From the NCBI GenBank assembly GCA_002781265.1, contig PETS01000105.1, forward strand, positions 1 through 47,034: DNA of 47,034 bases, in the 5' to 3' direction. A program made the position numbers and the translations under genes. The number at the start of each line of letters is the position of its first letter. The first letter of the stretch is position 1. Below, piece by piece: positions 9,864 through 18,786 of this stretch. The stretch is from Candidatus Falkowbacteria bacterium CG02_land_8_20_14_3_00_36_14 (GTDB lineage Bacteria > Patescibacteriota > Patescibacteriia > Patescibacteriales > UM-FILTER-36-11). Under the pieces are notes generated by a model. The model did not search any database, was not told where the DNA came from, and worked only from the letters and a program-made list of their open reading frames with translations.

Positions 9864-9894
9864 AATGCCATTTCCCTTTTTGGGAAATGGCATT
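9864..9894. other. Perfect 13-bp stem-loop in the leader (attenuator/terminator or operator)
   Basis: AATGCCATTTCCC-TTTTT-GGGAAATGGCATT. Confidence 0.6.
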
Positions 9895-9916
9895 ATTCGT
9901 ATTGTAAATTTATATT

Positions 9917-10165
9917 ATGCCAGAAGAAATAAAGCCAAACGCTGTATATACCACTAAAGAAACAAGAGAATTGTTAAGGATTTCAACTTCTACGATCAAG
10001 CGTATGCTTAAGAAGGGGCTTTTAAGAGCAAATAAAGTCTGCGGGCATTATCGGATTTTAGGCAAGGAAATACTTAGATTGGTTTCACCAGAAGTGGAAC
10101 AAAAGGCAATAGAATCTTATCTTAATATGAAAAAGAAAGTTGTAGACAAGATTAATAAATGGTAA
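9917..10165 (+). CDS. Small excisionase/HTH_17-type DNA-binding protein
   Basis: YTTKETRELLRISTSTIKRMLKKGLLRANKVCGHYRI matches the HTH_17 pattern. Confidence 0.8.
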   Translation: MPEEIKPNAVYTTKETRELLRISTSTIKRMLKKGLLRANKVCGHYRILGKEILRLVSPEVEQKAIESYLNMKKKVVDKINKW

Positions 10166-10215
10166 GGATCACGGTTCTATTTATATAGAGTTTTTAGTGA
10201 TTTATTTTTAATAAA

Positions 10216-12015
10216 ATGATAATATATAATTTTAAAAATAATAAAATTTTTTCTTTTTTGAAATTAATTTATCGCGGATTCGGCCGATATAAAAAAAGGA
10301 TTGTTTTTCTAACGGTGCTTGGTTTTTTAAGCAGTTTAGCGGGCGGTGTGGGAATAAATGCGCTCATCCCTTTATTTTCATTTGTTACGGGGGAGGGCAC
10401 GAACGGGGATGATTTTATATCGCAGGCCATTACAAAGCTTTTTTCTTTTTCCGGCGTCGCTTTTAATGTAAAGTTTTTATTGGTTTTTGTTTGCCTTTTA
10501 TTTGTCTTAAAAGCCGTATTATTGATTTTAAGTAGTTATGTTAGCGTAAAAATTATCGCCGAGTATGAAGCGCGGACGAGAAGTAATTTATTTAAAATTA
10601 TTTTAAAATCTGATTGGCCGTATTTATTAAAACAAAAATTAGGGCATTTGGAAACAGTATTAATGACAAATGTAAAAAACTGTTCGCTCTTGTTAAATCA
10701 TATAAGCACCATTATAATCACATTGGCAAATTTAGTTGTCTACGCTATTATAGCTATAAATATCTCCGCTTATATAACTTTAATAACTATCGCTTTTAGC
10801 GGGCTTATTTTTGTTTTATTCCATCCTGCTATTAACAAAACGAGGCGTATCGCCTACGAAGAAGAAAAAATTAACCGGGATATCGCCCATCACATAAATG
10901 AGAATATATTGGGGATGAAGACGGTTAAGGCGATGCGGGCGGATCAAAGAATTATAAAATTCGCCCAAGACAGCTTTGGGAAGTTAAAGGATATAAGAAT
11001 AAAAACATATTTATTTTCAACATTGCCCAATGCCCTTATGGAGCCGTTTAGTTTGATTTTTATATGCGTTGTCTTCGCTTTTTTCTATAAAACGCCTGGA
11101 TTCAATCTTGCCGCGCTTGTCGCCGTAATTTATTTAATTAGGCAGATTTTTTCATACGCCCAGCAATTACAGAAATATTTGCTTGGTGCGAGCTCTTTAA
11201 TTCCGTATTTAAGAGGCGTGTTAAATTTTGAAGAGCAGGCCTATAATAATAATGAAAAAAATACCGGCTCTGAAAATTTTAAATTTAACCAAATCCTAGA
11301 GTTTAAAAATATAACTTTTTCTTATAATAATAAAAAAAATATATTGTCCAAAGTTAGTTTTATCATAAAAAAGGGAGAAATGGTCGGTCTTATTGGCCCT
11401 TCGGGGGCTGGCAAAACCACTTTGGTGGATTTGATATTGCGCTTATTTCTACCTCTTGAAGGAGAAATTTTATTAGATGGAAAAAATGCCGGTCAAATAA
11501 ATTTGAACGAGTGGAGAGAAAATATCGGCTATGTATCGCAAGACATGTTTTTAAAAAATGACACTATCGCCAACAATATAAAATTTTACGACGATTCTGT
11601 AACGGAAGAAAATATGGAAACTGCGGCCAAAAAAGCGAATATTTATGATTTTATTTTAAGTTTGCCGCAGAAATTTGAAACAATAATAGGGGAGAGGGGA
11701 ATTGAATTTTCCGTCGGCCAGAGGCAAAGAATTGTTATCGCCCGCGTCTTGGCCCAAAGCCCTGAAATTTTAATACTTGACGAAGCGACCAGCGCTCTTG
11801 ACAATAAGTCGGAAGAGAGAATCCAGAAAGTAATTGAAAATCTTGAGGGAAGATTAACGGTTTTTGTCGTGGCGCATCGCTTATCAACAGTGATTAATTG
11901 TGATAAATTATTAGTATTAGATAAAAGCACTATTGTAGAAGAAGGCCGTCCAAGCGAATTATTAAAAGATAAAGATACTTATTTTTATAAAGCTTATAAT
12001 ATCAGAAATAAATAA
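10216..12015 (+). CDS. ABC transporter, fused TMD-NBD (PglK/MsbA-like glycan flippase)
   Basis: N-terminal TM domain; GPSGAGKT, FSVGQRQR, ILDEATSALD, AHRLST. Confidence 0.9.
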   Translation: MIIYNFKNNKIFSFLKLIYRGFGRYKKRIVFLTVLGFLSSLAGGVGINALIPLFSFVTGEGTNGDDFISQAITKLFSFSGVAFNVKFLLVFVCLLFVLKAVLLILSSYVSVKIIAEYEARTRSNLFKIILKSDWPYLLKQKLGHLETVLMTNVKNCSLLLNHISTIIITLANLVVYAIIAINISAYITLITIAFSGLIFVLFHPAINKTRRIAYEEEKINRDIAHHINENILGMKTVKAMRADQRIIKFAQDSFGKLKDIRIKTYLFSTLPNALMEPFSLIFICVVFAFFYKTPGFNLAALVAVIYLIRQIFSYAQQLQKYLLGASSLIPYLRGVLNFEEQAYNNNEKNTGSENFKFNQILEFKNITFSYNNKKNILSKVSFIIKKGEMVGLIGPSGAGKTTLVDLILRLFLPLEGEILLDGKNAGQINLNEWRENIGYVSQDMFLKNDTIANNIKFYDDSVTEENMETAAKKANIYDFILSLPQKFETIIGERGIEFSVGQRQRIVIARVLAQSPEILILDEATSALDNKSEERIQKVIENLEGRLTVFVVAHRLSTVINCDKLLVLDKSTIVEEGRPSELLKDKDTYFYKAYNIRNK

Positions 12016-12022
12016 AAAAAAT

Positions 12023-13024
12023 ATGTCTAACATCAATTGTTTAGAAAATAAAACAGTGTTGATTACCGGTGGAACCGGTTCTTTCGGTAAGAATTTTATT
12101 AAGCATCTGCTTATTAATTCTAAGGCTAAAAAAATTATTGTTTTTAGTCGCGATGAATTAAAGCAATTTAATATGGCAAGGGAGCTTAACGACGAAAGAT
12201 TGAGATTTTTTATCGGAGATGTTCGCGATAAAGATAGATTAATGCGTGCTTTTTACGGAGTTGATATCGTAATTCATGCCGCGGCCTTAAAACAGGTGCC
12301 TACCATTGAGTATAATCCTTTTGAAGCCGTAAAAACTAATATTTTAGGAAGCCAGAATGTTATAGACGCCGCGATTGATCAGGGCGTAGAAAAAGTATTG
12401 TTGATTTCAACAGACAAAGCGGCGCAACCTATTAATCTTTACGGTTCGACTAAACTATGCGCGGAAAAATTATTTATCAGCGGAAACGCTTACTCGGGCG
12501 GAAAAACCAGATTTAGCTGCGTGCGCTATGGAAATGTGATTGGCAGCCGGGGAAGCATTGTGGAAACCTTGGTTAATAAGCCGAAGGGCGAAAAAGTGCT
12601 CATTACCGACGAAAGAATGACCAGATTTTGGCTTATACTTGAGCAGAGCTTTGTACTCGTTTTATTCGCCTTGGATAATATGGTAGGCGGGGAAATTTTT
12701 ATTCCTAAAGTTCCGAGCATGAAAATTATTGATATAATAGACATCATTACTCCTGATTCCATAAGAGAGATTATTGGCATAAGACCGGGAGAAAAAGTGC
12801 ACGAAATGCTTTTAACCCGCGAAGAATCAAGGCACGCGGTTGCGCTTGATAAATATTTTGTCATTATTCCCGAGCATAAAGAAATATTTAACATGGATAA
12901 TTTTAAAAAGTATACGGATAAAGGCGAAGGATTGCCCCAGGATTATTATTTTGCCAGCGATACAAATGAAAATTGGCTGTCGGATGACGACTTTAGAGAA
13001 ATTGTTGAAAATTTAAAAGTATAA
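12023..13024 (+). CDS. pseB: UDP-N-acetylglucosamine 4,6-dehydratase (inverting)
   Basis: ITGGTGSFG, FSRDELKQ, HAAALKQVP, YNPFEAVKTN, RYGNVIGSRGS, GIRPGEK. Confidence 0.92.
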   Translation: MSNINCLENKTVLITGGTGSFGKNFIKHLLINSKAKKIIVFSRDELKQFNMARELNDERLRFFIGDVRDKDRLMRAFYGVDIVIHAAALKQVPTIEYNPFEAVKTNILGSQNVIDAAIDQGVEKVLLISTDKAAQPINLYGSTKLCAEKLFISGNAYSGGKTRFSCVRYGNVIGSRGSIVETLVNKPKGEKVLITDERMTRFWLILEQSFVLVLFALDNMVGGEIFIPKVPSMKIIDIIDIITPDSIREIIGIRPGEKVHEMLLTREESRHAVALDKYFVIIPEHKEIFNMDNFKKYTDKGEGLPQDYYFASDTNENWLSDDDFREIVENLKV

Positions 13025-13026
13025 AT

Positions 13027-14136
13027 ATGCTTCCTTACGGAAAACAATATATAGACAAAAGCGATATTAGTGAAGTGGTTAAAGTTTTGCAATCGGACTT
13101 TTTAACGCAAGGACCGAAAGTTAAAGAATTTGAAGAAAGTTTGGCAAAATATTGCGGCGCTAAATATGCCGTTGCCTGCGCCAACGGAACCGCCGCTCTC
13201 CATTTAGCTTACTTGGCGGCTGGAATTAAAAAAGGCGACGAAGCGATTACCACGCCCAATACTTTCGCGGCGACAGCCAATATGCTTATGGCAATCGGCG
13301 CCAAGCCGGTTTTTTGCGACATCAGATCAGATACGTATAATATTGACGAAGAAAATATTAAAAAATTCATAACTAAGCGGACAAAAGTGATTGTACAAGT
13401 CCATTTTGCCGGACAATCCTGCGAGATGAAGAAAATAAAAAAAATAGCCAAGAAACATAAACTCATAATCATAGAAGATGCTTGCCACGCTTTAGGCGGA
13501 AAATATGAAGGCGAAAAAATAGGAAGTTGTAAGTATTCAGATATGGCAATATTCAGTTTTCATCCTGTAAAATCAATCACTACCGGCGAGGGCGGAGCCG
13601 TTTTAACCAATAATAAAAAATATTACGAAAAATTATTAAGCTTTCGTTCCCACGGCATTCATAAAGATAAAAACGGTAAAAATGTGATGGTGGAACTGGG
13701 GTATAATTATAGGATAACTGATATTCAATGCGCTTTAGGCATAAGCCAATTAAAAAAATTGGATAAATTTATAAAAGAAAGGCAAAGGGTTGTAAAATGG
13801 TATGAAGAAGAATTAGGCGATTTTAAAAAAATAATATTGCCCAATGTTTTACCCGAAAATTATTCCAGCTGGCATATATATGTAATTAGAACCGCTAAGA
13901 AAAACGATAGGGATAAATTAAAAAAATATTTACAAGACAAAGGCATTGGCGTCAATTTTCATTATCCGGCCGTCTATTCGCACCCCTATTATAGAAATAA
14001 TGGATATAAAAATATTAGATTGAAAAATATGGAAGAATATCATACGACTTGTATAACCTTGCCATGCTATACGCAGTTGGAGAGAAAGGATATTAAATAT
14101 ATTGGAGAAGTTATTAGAGAGTTTTTTAAAAAATAA
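13027..14136 (+). CDS. pseC: UDP-4-amino-4,6-dideoxy-N-acetyl-beta-L-altrosamine transaminase (DegT/DnrJ family)
   Basis: PYGKQ, LTQGP, EDACHALG, FSFHPVKSITTGEGG, LGYNYRITDIQCALG; directly follows pseB. Confidence 0.88.
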   Translation: MLPYGKQYIDKSDISEVVKVLQSDFLTQGPKVKEFEESLAKYCGAKYAVACANGTAALHLAYLAAGIKKGDEAITTPNTFAATANMLMAIGAKPVFCDIRSDTYNIDEENIKKFITKRTKVIVQVHFAGQSCEMKKIKKIAKKHKLIIIEDACHALGGKYEGEKIGSCKYSDMAIFSFHPVKSITTGEGGAVLTNNKKYYEKLLSFRSHGIHKDKNGKNVMVELGYNYRITDIQCALGISQLKKLDKFIKERQRVVKWYEEELGDFKKIILPNVLPENYSSWHIYVIRTAKKNDRDKLKKYLQDKGIGVNFHYPAVYSHPYYRNNGYKNIRLKNMEEYHTTCITLPCYTQLERKDIKYIGEVIREFFKK

Positions 14137-14158
14137 AAAAATCCGCGGGTGAGATTGT

Positions 14159-14773
14159 TTATTCACCGAGTTGCTTCTTAGAAATATAAAGAAGCATGCC
14201 GGGCACTCCGTTGAATGGACCGGGGCAGGCTTGGCCGTATACTGAAACCAACACTGAACCGTCACTTAAGGAGGTGATGCCGTTTCCGAATACATCAGGA
14301 ACAGCAAGGTTTTGATAAAGATAAATTCCGTGTTTTTTTGTAGAACGAAAATTTGTGACAGTCAGAAGACCATAATTTGTTAAGGTAATACCATAAGTGA
14401 ATGGCTCAATTCTATCGCTTGAGTTATAAAATAATGTTTTTTCGTCCGCAACGGAATAGATGGTTGATTGCCATTCATTTACATCGGCTGATGATTTAAT
14501 CGTGAATATTCTGTTTGTTTTATGTTCCCAAAGTGCGGAATGAATCATTGCCATATCATCGCCATCTGGTGGGAGTAGTATTTTGTCCGTAAGCGACCAT
14601 TTGTCTCCAGTATTTTGCGGCGGGGATAGGACAAAAAAGCTTCTTTCCGGATCACCATTTCTAGGGATCCATAATGTTCCGTTGGGTCCGAAGTTCACGG
14701 TTTGCGTGCGGTTGATATCGCTGTCCCTTAAAACATCCGGAAACAACCGTACCGACTGAATTCCATGTTTCAC
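14159..14773 (-). CDS. Hypothetical protein, possibly beta-rich
   Basis: 204-aa ORF with GTG start fills the gap between plus-strand genes; no family recognised. Confidence 0.6.
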   Translation of the reverse strand: MKHGIQSVRLFPDVLRDSDINRTQTVNFGPNGTLWIPRNGDPERSFFVLSPPQNTGDKWSLTDKILLPPDGDDMAMIHSALWEHKTNRIFTIKSSADVNEWQSTIYSVADEKTLFYNSSDRIEPFTYGITLTNYGLLTVTNFRSTKKHGIYLYQNLAVPDVFGNGITSLSDGSVLVSVYGQACPGPFNGVPGMLLYISKKQLGE

Positions 14774-14782
14774 CCCGCGAAT

Positions 14783-15022
14783 TCATTCAAAATCAAAGAA
14801 ATGAAGCCCGTCGGGAGTTATCTTGACTTTAGCCATGCAAATTGCCGGCGCATAGTAATCCGCGATAGCGATTAGGTTGTACCCATCTTTCGGAATACTC
14901 GCAATGCCAAGCGGCTGGAAACCGAGAAAAATCGGCTCATTTAATTTTTCCAGTGGAACAGTAATGCTTTTCTCCTGATTGGCGAAGCTTTTCGCCATGT
15001 TGGCTAAGTACTGTGAGTCCAT
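14783..15022 (-). CDS. Hypothetical protein
   Basis: 79-aa ORF preceded by a strong SD (AAGGAGGTAAAAT ATG on the minus strand). Confidence 0.65.
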   Translation of the reverse strand: MDSQYLANMAKSFANQEKSITVPLEKLNEPIFLGFQPLGIASIPKDGYNLIAIADYYAPAICMAKVKITPDGLHFFDFE

Positions 15023-15121
15023 ATTTTACCTCCTTAATTAAAATGGTTATTGGTTTAGCGCTTAATTGCGCGTTTTGAAAAGGTCAAATCTAATAATTTA
15101 ATTTAGCATAAACAACGAAAT

Positions 15122-16123
15122 ATGTCAATAAAATTGGTATTTAAAGAAGAAAACGAAGAGCTGTTTTGGAAATATTGGAATGAAATGGCAAAAAAAGCGA
15201 GCTACAGATATTTCCCGACTAATTTAAAAACTTACAATTACGGCGGTAAAAACGACAAAAGTTTTGTTTACTTAGTGAATAATCAGCTGGCGGCTGGAGT
15301 ATTTTTGCCTATTGAAAAAATTGAAAAATTTTTTATTAATGCGCCGATTTTTAAATTTATGGCGGTCAGTAAAGAAATATTTAAAATAATTAATAAAATA
15401 GCGGTAGAAAATGGGATTAAAAAAATAATGTTTGAGATAGACCCATTGGAAAATTATAGTTATAATTATTTGCAGAAGTATGGTTATTTGGATGCGACCA
15501 TTTTAAGCTATGTAGTTGATTTAACGGTTGATGATTTACTGGCGACTTGCCGAAAAGGATGCCGTAACGACATAAAGTCCATTTTAAAGGATAAAAATTT
15601 TTCCGTATTTTTTATTGATAAAAATAATGCGGATTATAACATCCATAAGGAATACAGAGAACTGCATAAAAAATGCGCCGGCAAAGAAACGAGAGCCAAA
15701 AAAACATTTGACTGGCAGTTTGAAAGATTAAAGGAAGGAAAGGCGGTCTTATTCGGTTTAAAATATAAAAATAAAAATATCGCTTATTCGTATTTTGAAT
15801 TTAATAAGGAAAAGGGTGTTTATTATTCTTCCGCCGATGATCCAGATTACGATAGAATGCATATCTACCATATTTTGATTTATTCAGCCATGGAATATTT
15901 AAAGAAAAAAGGAGTCAAGTTTCTTGATATGGGCCAGCCGGCATCGCCCTCGCCGCAGTTTAATTATTACCCCGACAAAAAACAAATTAACATAGCTTTA
16001 TTTAAGAGGGGATTCGGCGGTGAATTTCGGCCTTTATTCAGGGGTATAAAATATTTTTCAGAAGAAGCATTTAAAAAAGATATTAAAGAGTTTATTGATA
16101 ATTATTTTCAAGCCATAGTATAA
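15122..16123 (+). CDS. FemAB-like GNAT-fold acyl/aminoacyl transferase
   Basis: YVVDL...RKG.R..I; AMEYLKKKG..FLDMG; IALFKRGFGG C-terminal motif. Confidence 0.7.
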   Translation: MSIKLVFKEENEELFWKYWNEMAKKASYRYFPTNLKTYNYGGKNDKSFVYLVNNQLAAGVFLPIEKIEKFFINAPIFKFMAVSKEIFKIINKIAVENGIKKIMFEIDPLENYSYNYLQKYGYLDATILSYVVDLTVDDLLATCRKGCRNDIKSILKDKNFSVFFIDKNNADYNIHKEYRELHKKCAGKETRAKKTFDWQFERLKEGKAVLFGLKYKNKNIAYSYFEFNKEKGVYYSSADDPDYDRMHIYHILIYSAMEYLKKKGVKFLDMGQPASPSPQFNYYPDKKQINIALFKRGFGGEFRPLFRGIKYFSEEAFKKDIKEFIDNYFQAIV

Positions 16124-16127
16124 CAAT

Positions 16128-17084
16128 ATGAGAAAAGATATTAATATTATCATAATCGGCTTCGGTTCAATCGGCCAAAGGCATTATAGGAATTTAGCGC
16201 AGTTAGGTTATAAAAACATAGCCGCGTTTGATGTTGATAAGAAAAAATTAAGTATTAGCAATATTAAAAGAGTTAATAATCTTAATCCAGAAGTTTTAGA
16301 AAAATTTGATTTAGCTTTTATCTGTAATCCGAACAATTTACATATAAAAACCGCTATTCAGTGCGCTCGGGCGGGCTGCCATTTATTTATAGAAAAACCG
16401 CTTTCGCATAATTTGCGAAAAATAGAAAAATTAGAGAGAATTGTTAAGAAAAAAAAATTGGTAAATATGGTTGCTTGTAATATGAGATTTCATCTTTGCT
16501 TAAAATTTATTAAAAATTATTTAGATAAAAATAAATTAGGGAAAATATACGGCATTTACCACGAGTTTGGCTACTACCTTCCTTATTGGCGTTCCGGAAT
16601 GGATTACAGAAAAAATTATGCTGTTAAAAGATCAACCGGCGGAGGAATTATATTGGACGATATTCATGAGTTTGATTTACTTTTTTGGCTTAATGATTTT
16701 ACAAGAGTTAAGGAATCAAAGTTTATTTTTAATAAAGCTAGCAACTTGGAGCTTTCTACTGAAGATAATTGTATTGCTATTTTTAAATTTAACAATAATA
16801 TTTTAGGATATGTTAAATGCGATTATTTACAGCAGGCTTATTCAAGAAGTTGCAAAATAGTTGGAGAAAAAGGTAATTTAGAATGGGATTTTAATGAAAA
16901 TATTGTTTGGTTAAAAACCAAGGATAAAAATAAAAAACTATTTAAAATAAAGAAATATGATTTAAACAATATGTATATTGCCGAAGTAAAATATTTTTTT
17001 AATATTTTAGATAAAAAAGAAGAATCTTTTAATAATATCAGAACCGCAGTAGAAGTTTTAAAATATTGCGTTAATCGTAAATAG
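16128..17084 (+). CDS. Gfo/Idh/MocA family oxidoreductase
   Basis: IGFGSIGQRH, FIEKPLS, GGGIILDDIHEFD. Confidence 0.9.
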   Translation: MRKDINIIIIGFGSIGQRHYRNLAQLGYKNIAAFDVDKKKLSISNIKRVNNLNPEVLEKFDLAFICNPNNLHIKTAIQCARAGCHLFIEKPLSHNLRKIEKLERIVKKKKLVNMVACNMRFHLCLKFIKNYLDKNKLGKIYGIYHEFGYYLPYWRSGMDYRKNYAVKRSTGGGIILDDIHEFDLLFWLNDFTRVKESKFIFNKASNLELSTEDNCIAIFKFNNNILGYVKCDYLQQAYSRSCKIVGEKGNLEWDFNENIVWLKTKDKNKKLFKIKKYDLNNMYIAEVKYFFNILDKKEESFNNIRTAVEVLKYCVNRK

Positions 17085-17088
17085 AAGT

Positions 17089-17853
17089 ATGAAAAATAAT
17101 TATTTATGTATAATTCAAGCGCGAATTAGTTCAACTCGACTTCCGGGTAAAGTTTTGAAAAAAGTTAACGGTATAACTTTACTTGAGTATGAAATTAAAC
17201 GTGTTAAAAAATCTAAAAAAATAGATAAAATCGTGATTGCCACTTCGGATAAAAAAGTGGATGACATAATAGAGAGGTTTTGTAAAAAAATTAGTATAAA
17301 TTGTTTTCGTGGCTCCGAAGAAGATGTCCTGGATAGATATTATCAATGCGCGCTTAAGTACCCAAAATTTAAAAACATTATTAGGGTAACCGGAGACTGT
17401 CCTTTAATTGATTCGAAAGTAATCGATAAAGTGTTGGTTTTTTTTGAAAAAGGAAAATATGATTATGCAAGCAATGTTTTAGAAGAGACTTATCCGGATG
17501 GTATGGATATAGAAGTATTTTCTAAACCCGCCCTGGAAGACGCTGCAAGAAACGCCATGCTTCTTTCTGAGCGGGAACATGTTACTTTGTATATAAGAAA
17601 TAATAAAAAATTCAAAAAGGGAAGCATTAAGGCAAAAAAAGATTATTCAGGTTTCCGTTTAACTGTTGATAATCAAGATGACTTTGCAATAATAAGATTT
17701 TTAATAAAAAATACTGAGCCGAATGCGAATTTTTTAGATTATATTTCTCTACTGACAAAAAATCCAAAAATAATGTTAAAAAATATGCATATTATTAGGA
17801 ATGAAGGCTTATTAAAGTCGCTAAAAGAAGATAAAATAGTTAAAATTTTTTAA
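17089..17853 (+). CDS. spsF: SpsF-type cytidylyltransferase (CMP-nonulosonate synthetase-like)
   Basis: IIQARISSTRLPGKVL, RGSEEDVLDRY, RVTGDCP, YPDGMDIE, REHVT, RLTVD. Confidence 0.85.
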   Translation: MKNNYLCIIQARISSTRLPGKVLKKVNGITLLEYEIKRVKKSKKIDKIVIATSDKKVDDIIERFCKKISINCFRGSEEDVLDRYYQCALKYPKFKNIIRVTGDCPLIDSKVIDKVLVFFEKGKYDYASNVLEETYPDGMDIEVFSKPALEDAARNAMLLSEREHVTLYIRNNKKFKKGSIKAKKDYSGFRLTVDNQDDFAIIRFLIKNTEPNANFLDYISLLTKNPKIMLKNMHIIRNEGLLKSLKEDKIVKIF

Positions 17854-18722
17854 AAGCTGAAGCCGATTATTATGCCGCCGGCAATTCCCAGTAACAACGC
17901 GATAATTTCAATTTTAGAAATTTGTTTTATTTCTTTAAAAATAAATAAGCCGATTAAGACCGGGAAAATCATTCCGCTGGCCATAAAAATTGGCTGGATA
18001 ACCATAATCGGGGCGCGCTCAAAAGCACTGTAAGAAAGAAGAAGAGATGTCCATATAAATAATGCGATGCCAAAAGCATTTAGCGATTCTGTTGAATGTA
18101 ATTTATAATTATTTTTCTCTTTTTTAGTTAATTTAAAAATAATAAGAGAACCAATCCATGAAGAAAGATACCAGGAAATCCCGAATCCCGTAAATGATAA
18201 GCCCTCCAAGGCAAAGTAGCGCATAAAAAAGGCGACCAATCCCCAAATAAGAGTGTAAATTGTAATCCAGACAAAAAGTTTTTTGTGCGAATCTTGCTTC
18301 TCAATTTTTCTATTTTTAATAATTAATAGTATAACTGCGCAAATAGTTGATAAAATGCCCAGGAGAAGCAAAGGATTAAGAAATTGCAATTCATTGAGAA
18401 AGATAAAACCAAGGAATAAAGCAAAAATATCACTTATGGGCATGAAAATAGATGATTTGCTTTGGCTTATCTCTATAGCGCGCATATGGCTGGAAAAAGC
18501 TAAGCTATTGAAAAAGCCGAGAATAACTACCAGAAAAATAGCCGGAGAAAAAATAAATTTTTTTGTATACAAAAGCAGGGTAAGTGAAAAAATAACGCAG
18601 AATGTATATATTAAAAATTGTTGTTTGTTTTTTAAAGAAGAGTCAGCTACTTTTTTAAAAAAGACAGGATTTAGGATATTGCCGATAATTATCCTTAAAA
18701 TAACCGCTATTTGCCAAGTCAT
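17850..18722 (-). CDS. EamA/DMT superfamily membrane transporter
   Basis: About 10 hydrophobic helices in two halves; GFIFLNE and GLFIFKE repeat ends. Confidence 0.75.
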   Translation of the reverse strand: MTWQIAVILRIIIGNILNPVFFKKVADSSLKNKQQFLIYTFCVIFSLTLLLYTKKFIFSPAIFLVVILGFFNSLAFSSHMRAIEISQSKSSIFMPISDIFALFLGFIFLNELQFLNPLLLLGILSTICAVILLIIKNRKIEKQDSHKKLFVWITIYTLIWGLVAFFMRYFALEGLSFTGFGISWYLSSWIGSLIIFKLTKKEKNNYKLHSTESLNAFGIALFIWTSLLLSYSAFERAPIMVIQPIFMASGMIFPVLIGLFIFKEIKQISKIEIIALLLGIAGGIIIGFSF

Positions 18723-18786
18723 AGAAATTTATTGATTTATTGGTTATGACATAATTATATATTAAAAAATAAATTAAACAAGCTTA

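Noticed and set aside
9917..10165. Prophage or ICE excisionase marking an integrated element
   Set aside because: No integrase, att-like repeat or phage gene nearby; it is co-oriented within the glycan operon
18283..18735. 150-aa plus-strand ORF
   Set aside because: Antisense shadow of the EamA membrane gene; Lys/Ile-rich as expected from the reverse of hydrophobic codons
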